DNA of 38,655 nucleotides from Desulfobacteraceae bacterium (GTDB lineage Bacteria; Desulfobacterota; Syntrophobacteria; BM002). The notes below the pieces were generated by a model, which worked only from the letters and a program-made list of their open reading frames with translations, was not told the origin of the DNA and did no database searches. The stretch lies in NCBI GenBank assembly GCA_002899795.1, contig PPDG01000259.1:1-38655 (forward strand), in the 5' to 3' direction. Each line of letters begins with the position of its first letter. Position 1 is the stretch's first letter. Both the position numbers and the translations under genes were made by a program. Below, piece after piece: positions 14,496-20,643 of this stretch.

Positions 14496-15665
14496 ATGGC
14501 TAAGTTTCAAGTAAACAAGTCTATTCAGGAGATTAATGAAAAAATCAAGAGCGGCCAGGCAGTGGTGGTTACTGCCGAGGAAATGATCGACATTGTGAAG
14601 AAGAAGGGAGAGGTGAAGGCGGCTCAGCAGGTGGACGTGGTCACCACCGGGACCTTTGCTCCCATGTGTTCCTCGGGTGCTTTCATTAATTTTGGCCCTG
14701 TAAGCCCACCGATAAAGGCATCGAAGGTCTGGCTCAATGATGTGCTGTCCTACGCCGGAATCGCTGCTGTCGATATTTACATCGGAGCTACCGAGCCATC
14801 TGAAGAAGATCCACTCAATAAAATTTATCCCGGTGCCTTTGCCTACGGCGGCGGCCACGTGATAGGTGATCTGGTGGCTGGAAAAGCAATCAAATTGAGA
14901 GCAGAGGCCTACGGTACGGATTGTTACCCGCGTCGACAGTATGAAAAGAAAATACGGCTCAAGAATTTGAATCATGCTGTATTGTGCAATCCAAGAAACG
15001 CATATCAGAACTATAACTGTGCTGTTAACCTTTCTAAGAAAACCATCTACACCTACATGGGTGTGCTCAAACCGAATGCAGCCAACGCCAACTATTCCTC
15101 TTCCGGTCAGTTGAGTCCTCTCTTTAATGATCCGCTTTACCGAACTGTGGGCCTAGGAACGCGTATATTTTTGGGGGGCGCACAAGGTTATGTCACCTGG
15201 CCAGGCACACAGCATCGTCCCCGGGTGGATAGAGGCGACAATGACACTCCCCTGGTGCCTGCAGGCACCCTCATGGTCATAGGGGATCTGAAGCAGATGG
15301 ATCCGCGCTGGCTGTTTGGGGTGAGTATACTTGGTTACGGTTGCTCCCTGGCGGTTGGTCTCGGAGTGCCAATCCCAATACTTGATGAGGAGATGGCGCG
15401 CTACACTGCGGTGTCCGACCAAGAACTTTTTGCCCCGATTGTAGACTACAGCGAAGACTATCCCAAGGGCATGGGCAAGACCATAGACCAGGTAAGCTAT
15501 GCCAAACTGAAGAGCGGCTCCTTCCGCTTCAATGGGAGAGAGGTGCAAGCAGTGCCGCTCTCGAGCTTTCCAAGAGCGAGAGAGATCGCCGAGACCCTGA
15601 AGAAGTGGATCAGCAAAGGAGAATTTCTACTGGGTGAGCCGCAGCATTTCCTACCGACTAAGTAG
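14496..15665 (+). CDS. DUF39/COG1900 homocysteine-biosynthesis-type protein
   Basis: 389 aa with an AAGGAG SD. The N-terminus INEKIKSGQAVVVTAEEM...VDVVTTGTFAPMCSSGAFINFG matches the conserved COG1900 (MA1821/MJ0100-type) N-terminal region as I recall it. Confidence 0.75.
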   Translation: MAKFQVNKSIQEINEKIKSGQAVVVTAEEMIDIVKKKGEVKAAQQVDVVTTGTFAPMCSSGAFINFGPVSPPIKASKVWLNDVLSYAGIAAVDIYIGATEPSEEDPLNKIYPGAFAYGGGHVIGDLVAGKAIKLRAEAYGTDCYPRRQYEKKIRLKNLNHAVLCNPRNAYQNYNCAVNLSKKTIYTYMGVLKPNAANANYSSSGQLSPLFNDPLYRTVGLGTRIFLGGAQGYVTWPGTQHRPRVDRGDNDTPLVPAGTLMVIGDLKQMDPRWLFGVSILGYGCSLAVGLGVPIPILDEEMARYTAVSDQELFAPIVDYSEDYPKGMGKTIDQVSYAKLKSGSFRFNGREVQAVPLSSFPRAREIAETLKKWISKGEFLLGEPQHFLPTK

Positions 15666-15698
15666 ATCAGTGTCCATTCGGACTTCCCCTTTTCGGTT

Positions 15699-15836
15699 GT
15701 CATTCTGAGGAGTCCCGCCAGCGGCGGGACGACGAAGAATCTCTTGACTCTGGCTTTTCTGGGATATTCTTCGCGGAGTTTATCCTGAGCCTGCCTGCCC
15801 TGAGCCTGTCGAAGGGGTCGAAGGGCTCAGAATGAC
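15699..15836 (+). repeat. family B nested-palindrome element, copy 3 (longest)
   Basis: GTCATTCTGAGGAGTCCCGCCAGCGGCGGGACGACGAAGAATCTC...GATATTCTTCGCGGAGTTTATCCTGAGCC...GTCGAAGGGCTCAGAATGAC. It begins 34 nt after the DUF39 stop. Confidence 0.8.
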
Positions 15837-15972
15837 AATGCTGAGTTTCCTGATGAACACTACCTAAAGACGCGGGGACACGCAGCAGTATTGATCAACT
15901 CTCTTATATTTGTTCTAATAGTGGCAATACTATCAGCCTATCAGTTGGATGCAGTAGTCACGGAGAAGAACC

Positions 15973-16809
15973 TTGGACAAACACCTTGGAAGACTAAAAG
16001 AAATCCTCCGTGACCTCGACTCGGTTCTCGTCGCTTTCTCCGGTGGTGTGGACAGCAGTTTTCTTCTCCACGTTGCTCACGAGGTCTTGGGAGATCAGGC
16101 CCAGGCCATCACATTTGTGTCGCCGTTTCTTTCAGGTATTGAACGAGAGCGCGCCACTTCCTTTTGCGAGGAGCAAGGAATAAAGCAAATAATCCTTGAG
16201 GCGGATCCGCTGGAAGTGGAGCAAATAAGCTCCAATCCGCCGGATCGTTGTTACCATTGCAAAAGACAGCTTTACTCTGAAGCGCTTGCCCAGGCCCGGA
16301 AAATGGGCATTCTTCACCTGATCGATGGAACCCAACTGAGTGACGCCAGTGATCACCGGCCGGGCCACCGGGCCCTCGAAGAGTTGGGGATCCGCAGTCC
16401 CTTGATGGAAGCGGGTTTGGACAAGGAACAGGTCCGCCTACTCAGCAAAGAGCTAGGCTTATCTTCTTGGAATCTTCCTCCCATGGCTTGCCTTGCCTCG
16501 AGAATTCCTTACGGTACACCGATTAGTCCTGAGGTCCTTGCCCGAATTGAAGCTGCTGAAGAGTTTCTTTTTAACGAGGATTTTAACCTGGTGCGGGTAA
16601 GGGACCACCATCGCATGGCTCGCATCGAACTGTCACCCGAAGGCATTGAAAGGTTCAGCCATAGGGACTTACGTGAGCGCTTGGTGGCTCATTTCAAGTC
16701 TCTGGGTTTTGTGGCTGTTACCCTGGATTTGGAAGGATATCGAACAGGCAGGCTGAATGAATTGTACGAGGGCGAAGTCGCGGCTGGAAAGCCGCTCCCA
16801 CAGGGCTAG
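15973..16809 (+). CDS. LarE-family PP-loop ATP-dependent sulfur transferase (three-Cys, probable Fe-S type)
   Basis: TTG start with GGAG 8 nt upstream. PP-loop VAFSGGVDSS. CYHCKRQLY plus MACLASRIPYG occupy the positions that hold the cluster-binding or sacrificial Cys in LarE homologues. The last 10 codons are encoded by a REP. Confidence 0.7.
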   Translation: MDKHLGRLKEILRDLDSVLVAFSGGVDSSFLLHVAHEVLGDQAQAITFVSPFLSGIERERATSFCEEQGIKQIILEADPLEVEQISSNPPDRCYHCKRQLYSEALAQARKMGILHLIDGTQLSDASDHRPGHRALEELGIRSPLMEAGLDKEQVRLLSKELGLSSWNLPPMACLASRIPYGTPISPEVLARIEAAEEFLFNEDFNLVRVRDHHRMARIELSPEGIERFSHRDLRERLVAHFKSLGFVAVTLDLEGYRTGRLNELYEGEVAAGKPLPQG

Positions 16810-16851
16810 TAATCATCTTATTGAAAATGTGGGAGTGGCTTTCCAGCCACG
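16779..16851. repeat. REP doublet overlapping the 3' end of the LarE-like gene
   Basis: 16779-16803 is CGCGGCTGGAAAGCCGCTCCCACAG and 16827-16851 is ATGTGGGAGTGGCTTTCCAGCCACG, with a 23-nt spacer. Confidence 0.85.
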
Positions 16852-16990
16852 ATTAAGGCTTGGTTTCCGTTCACTGCTTGGGTTGATTTAGGATGCCGTT
16901 GTTCACGATTAAGAAAGTCGTTCAGCCTAGTGTCCGTTGCAAGGAACTCTCTTAACAACGGACGACTGACCACTGACTACGGACACTGCT

Positions 16991-17965
16991 CTAAATAAGC
17001 AGCTCGCGAAACTCTTCCTTGGGTCTTACCGTAACTGTAATCTCCCGGTTTTCCCTCCCTGATAGCACGACAACCGCATCTTCACCAGTCGGGGTGTCAC
17101 TGTAGGAAGCCACAATGTTAGCCGCCAATTCCACCTCTTGCTCAGAGACTTGAGCAGCTATCAACCCGGTGGGACCTGGAACTCCCTTGACTCTCAAAAG
17201 AAGATCTTCCTCCCGAGCCAATTCCTGCAGTTTCAGGCTATCGGCATGTATTCTACCCACCACCAGACGTCTCCCGCTTGGAAGTCTCAGATGGCGACCA
17301 CATTTGAGAAGTTCCACGTCGTGAAGCCCCACCTCTTCCTGGGTGGCCAAGAGATCCCGCAACCTTTCAGCAAAGCCTGCCTTGGTGAGAATGCAGCCGC
17401 CACCCGGACTGGGGTATTCTTCAATCCCGTAGTGAGCGGCGAGAGCCATCTGAGGCTTGCGAGAACGTCCGTGGATATCGAGAAGCCTCTGCCGATCCAC
17501 CTTGCCCAATTCTTCCGGCACTGTCTCCCATAACAGCTTAGCGCTTAGTGGCCGGAGAATGTACCTCCCATAGCCAGAAAGCTTATCCACAGCTCTGAGA
17601 GCGTCCTTTCGCTGTGACATGGGGCGCTGCCCCAACACCTCCCCCGTGCAAAGAAAGTCAAACTCTTCAGCATCCATGATCCCACCGGCAGTCTTGAGCA
17701 TGAGCGCGTGACAATCGATGCACGGATTCATCTGGCTGCCGTAGCCATACTTAGGATTCTTGAGCATTTCCAGATGAACCGCGCCGATATCTATCACCCG
17801 CAAGGATATCCCCAGCTGTCTGGCTGCCTTTTGCGCACCTTCCGGTCCGAAGAACGGAGTTTGAAAGGTAATTCCCGTCATCTCGATATCTTGATCCAGG
17901 AGCACCCTGACTGCCAGCATACTATCCAGGCCTCCGGACATGAGACCCAAGCCCCTTACTTTCAT
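16991..17965 (-). CDS. PP-loop ATP pyrophosphatase, ThiI/MnmA-like putative tRNA sulfurtransferase (no THUMP domain)
   Basis: 324 aa. PP-loop GLMSGGLDSMLA, Cys pair NPCIDCH and a later GGGCILT. The exact subfamily cannot be assigned by eye. Confidence 0.6.
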   Translation of the reverse strand: MKVRGLGLMSGGLDSMLAVRVLLDQDIEMTGITFQTPFFGPEGAQKAARQLGISLRVIDIGAVHLEMLKNPKYGYGSQMNPCIDCHALMLKTAGGIMDAEEFDFLCTGEVLGQRPMSQRKDALRAVDKLSGYGRYILRPLSAKLLWETVPEELGKVDRQRLLDIHGRSRKPQMALAAHYGIEEYPSPGGGCILTKAGFAERLRDLLATQEEVGLHDVELLKCGRHLRLPSGRRLVVGRIHADSLKLQELAREEDLLLRVKGVPGPTGLIAAQVSEQEVELAANIVASYSDTPTGEDAVVVLSGRENREITVTVRPKEEFRELLI

Positions 17966-18026
17966 CAGCGACCTCTCATTGTTATACTCTTAGCGTTTTT
18001 CGCAAGCATTCCGAATCTTTTGGCAT

Positions 18027-18255
18027 TAAGTCATTACGCCTTGCTGTGACTCATGGTCATTTGGCCACGGAACGTGGCCGTCACTACGCTCCGCTGTCAT
18101 TATGCCTGCGGCGTCATTTATAGTTAACTGTAATTGTGGCGTTGAAACAACTTAATGACGGCCGTAAGGCCTCATGACGGGCGCAGCCCTACTGACAACG
18201 AAGCGCACATGCGCGAAGTGTAATGACTTGTGGGTGCCTAGTCCCTAGTGTTTAG
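18027..18255 (+). repeat. TAATGAC-mosaic long palindromic repeat (family C), copy collinear with 7141-7440
   Basis: TAAGTCATTACGCC...CATGGTCATTTGGCCACGGAACGTGGCCGTCACTACGCTCCGCTGTCATT...AATGACGGCCGTAAGGCC...GACGGGCGCAGCCCTACTGACAACGAAGCGCACATGCGCGAAGTGTAATGACTTG. It ends 3 nt before the nth stop codon. Confidence 0.85.
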
Positions 18256-18258
18256 TGC

Positions 18259-18891
18259 CTAGTGTCCTGCTGTCTGCTGCCCGTGGTCGCAGTGCTCCAG
18301 CAGCGGACATTCTGAGCATTTTGGCTTCCTGGCTTTGCACACTTTCCGGCCGTGCTGAATTAGTTGGTGAGAGAAGAGCGTCCACTTCTCCTGAGGGATA
18401 AGTTCCATCAAATCAAATTCTATCTTTACGGGGTCGCGCTGCTGGGTGAGACCAAGCCGTTGGGAGATTCGACCCACATGAGTATCCACCACAATCCCGG
18501 GCGTGTTGAAAGCTGTACCCAGTATGACGTTGGCCGTCTTCCTGCCGATACCGGGAAGTTTCACCAACTCCTCCAGACTGTCCGGCACCTCAGCCTGATG
18601 TTTTTCCACCAATGCTGCCCCGCAGTTTTTCAAACTCTTGGCCTTATTTCTGAAAAATCCAGTGGACCGTATATCCTCCTCCAACTCTCCTGGGGGAGCA
18701 TTGGCATAATCTGCTGCAGTTCGATATTTTTTGAACAACTTCTTGGTGACCTGATTCACCCTCTCATCCGTGCACTGAGCTGAAAGCACAGTGGCCACCA
18801 GAAGTTCCAGGGGGTTGCTGAAATCTAAACTGATATTGGCCTCAGGATAAGTCTTGTCAAGGATGTCAAGGATTGCCGGCATGTCCATCAT
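18259..18891 (-). CDS. nth: endonuclease III (DNA-(apurinic or apyrimidinic site) lyase)
   Basis: HhH-GPD region LPGIGRKTANVILG, catalytic VDTHV and a C-terminal 4Fe-4S motif CKARKPKCSECPLLEHC. I chose ATG 18891 with a GAGGAG SD over the track's TTG 18906. Confidence 0.9.
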   Translation of the reverse strand: MMDMPAILDILDKTYPEANISLDFSNPLELLVATVLSAQCTDERVNQVTKKLFKKYRTAADYANAPPGELEEDIRSTGFFRNKAKSLKNCGAALVEKHQAEVPDSLEELVKLPGIGRKTANVILGTAFNTPGIVVDTHVGRISQRLGLTQQRDPVKIEFDLMELIPQEKWTLFSHQLIQHGRKVCKARKPKCSECPLLEHCDHGQQTAGH

Positions 18892-18996
18892 TCGATCTCT
18901 CCTCAATTAACAATGTAGAGTGGGCACCGCCCACCTCAGGTCTTTATAAATAACATAATCACAGATGATTACCCACCTTCGCACCATTTTTTACTC

Positions 18997-19180
18997 GAGC
19001 CCGGATATTTCACGAATTGCCTGCTGCGACCGCGGATATGAGCGTCCTTCCGGGCGTCCTCGGGTATCGGGCCCTGCGACGTACTGTTCAAGTACGTCTC
19101 GGATCCAACCCCCGCGGTTGCCCGGTGGCACACCCTTCTCCCCGGTCTCTCTACGGTAATTCGTGAAACAGCCGGGCTGG
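18997..19180 (+). ncRNA. candidate ~184-nt rod-shaped structured RNA, 6S RNA-like architecture
   Basis: 23-position closing stem, 18999-19021 with 19155-19177 (20 WC, 1 G.T, 2 mismatches). Inner helix 19029-19035 with 19112-19118. Perfect 8-bp apical hairpin 19078-19098. Asymmetric internal loop of 7 nt on the 5' side and 36 nt on the 3' side. It lies in a 400-nt gap between divergent genes. The strand is uncertain. Confidence 0.4.
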
Positions 19181-19313
19181 GCATTTTAGTTCACTTTAGC
19201 TCAATTTCTCTTTATCGCTTGACCCAATAAAGCAGTTCGGTTAGCATCAGCCTTCCTTATCGACTCAGAACTCAATTAGGCATTATCGCTCAGTTGAGGT
19301 TAGAGGCTTGGCC

Positions 19314-19784
19314 ATGGAAGCAGAAGCTTTTCCCTCAGAAGGCCGAATTGTGGCAGTATCCGTCAGCCAGAGCAAGGGCATTAAGAAGTCAAACCTACCT
19401 GAATGCAAGCTTCTTGAAGATGAAGGGTTAGACGGCGATGCCCACGCCGGGGACTGGCACCGGCAGGTTAGTCTCCTCGCCATGGAAAGTATCGATAAGA
19501 TTCGAGGAAAAGGACTTGATGTCTCCCCTGGAGATTTTGCCGAAAATATCACCACCTCTGGACTGAAAATTTGGAAGCTGCCAATGGGGACGCGGCTGGC
19601 CGTCGGCAGTGAAGCGCTGCTGGAAGTTACACAGATCGGCAAAGAATGTCACGACCGCTGCGCCATCTATCACCAGGTGGGAGACTGTGTCATGCCGAGG
19701 GAGGGAGTGTTTACTCGCGTCTTGCGTGGCGGCTCTATCAGGCCTGGAGATGAAATTCGCGTTTTGCCACAAGCTGATGGTTAG
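19314..19784 (+). CDS. MOSC domain-containing protein
   Basis: About 156 aa from ATG 19314 (AGAGG 7 nt upstream). MOSC-like beta-barrel sequence with a conserved Cys region, EVTQIGKECHDRCAIYHQVGDCVMPREGVFTRVL. Confidence 0.75.
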   Translation: MEAEAFPSEGRIVAVSVSQSKGIKKSNLPECKLLEDEGLDGDAHAGDWHRQVSLLAMESIDKIRGKGLDVSPGDFAENITTSGLKIWKLPMGTRLAVGSEALLEVTQIGKECHDRCAIYHQVGDCVMPREGVFTRVLRGGSIRPGDEIRVLPQADG

Positions 19785-19807
19785 TGGTCAGATGAAAACA
19801 ACCCAAT

Positions 19808-19909
19808 GTCATTCTGAGCCCTTCGACAGGCTCAGGATAAACTCCGCGAAGAATCTCCTGCGAAACAATGAACTACGAGATTCTTCGTCGCCTTGCTCCT
19901 CAGAATGAC
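19808..19909 (-). repeat. family B nested-palindrome element, copy 4 (inverted orientation)
   Basis: GTCATTCTGAGCCCTTCGACAGGCTCAGGATAAACTCCGCGAAGAATCTC...GAGATTCTTCGTCGCCTTGCTCCTCAGAATGAC. This is the reverse complement of the arrangement in the other copies. Confidence 0.8.
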
Positions 19910-20012
19910 ACCCATAAATGTGATTTCCGGATGACCACTAGTTAACAACTTCTGGAATTTAGGGATTCCATAGTGCAGGATAATGATTTATAATCTCTCA
20001 ATTTTTGAAGCT

Positions 20013-20135
20013 CCCTGCAGCAAGCTGCAGGGAATCTTCGAAATGTAAGGAAGTGATTCCATTTTATTGTAGTTCGCTCGCTAACCCCGTAGCCCCGAAG
20101 GCGGGATCTCCGCTTCGCTACGACAAGCTACGGGG
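20013..20135 (+). repeat. two related hairpins (CCCYGYAGC...GCTRCRGGGAAT)
   Basis: 20013-20032 is CCCTGCAGC-AA-GCTGCAGGG. 20085-20135 is CCCCGTAGC-(33-nt insert with a CCCG-AAGG-CGGG hairpin)-GCTACGGGG. The two stem differences are compensatory, and both hairpins are followed by GAAT. Confidence 0.6.
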
Positions 20136-20197
20136 AATGCGCTCGCTGTAGCATTTTCAATCCCCAAACCTTACAATCTTGTTGACGGAGATCTCTT

Positions 20198-20530
20198 ATG
20201 CACCTTAATATCATCTGCCCGTTCTGCGACGGAAAACACCCTGTTCCTTTTGATTTCGACGATGTCTATGATTGCGACTGTGGTGCCAGTTACTGGATCG
20301 GTAGCAGTAATCTACTCGAAAATGAAATGACCATGGTCTCAAAATCCGTCTTGCCCAGCGACCTCGTGCGGCTTACTGACGAAGAGGACCTGGGCTTGTG
20401 CCAAGTGGTGGTGAACAAGGAGTTCGACCAACTTATCTCACTCATACAGTCAGATGAGACGCCGGAAATGCGTTTCTGTAAATATGACCGCTCCGCCCAG
20501 TTGGCCCTCGTCTGGATGAAGAGACCATGA
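20198..20530 (+). CDS. hypothetical 110-aa protein with an N-terminal CxxC...CxC zinc-ribbon-like motif
   Basis: GGAG SD 8 nt upstream of the ATG. Sequence ICPFCDGKHPVPFDFDDVYDCDCG. It lies directly upstream of the radical SAM gene on the same strand. Confidence 0.5.
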   Translation: MHLNIICPFCDGKHPVPFDFDDVYDCDCGASYWIGSSNLLENEMTMVSKSVLPSDLVRLTDEEDLGLCQVVVNKEFDQLISLIQSDETPEMRFCKYDRSAQLALVWMKRP

Positions 20531-20643
20531 GCGTTTCGGATTGTATCTTTCCCCTTCTTAAATGTATTCCTGACACATTCAGCCACTGTTCGACGATGCT
20601 CGTATTCCAATCTTCCCACTGCGGAGTGAAGCGGAGCTGACTC

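Noticed and set aside
14385-14975. Other long antisense ORFs (14385-14975, 21271-21924, 21516-21941, 22873-23568, 31029-31634, 34841-35380, 33531-33956)
   Set aside because: Each overlaps, on the opposite strand, a gene with clear family motifs (DUF39, radical SAM, LivH, LivK-like, LipB, Lpd). None has a recognisable domain or an SD.
20596-20640. 14-codon ORF (MLVFQSSHCGVKRS) ending 3 nt before the radical SAM start, as a RiPP precursor feature
   Set aside because: It has no SD, is very short, and I cannot assess conservation. It is mentioned in the finding as something to test but is not reported as a gene.
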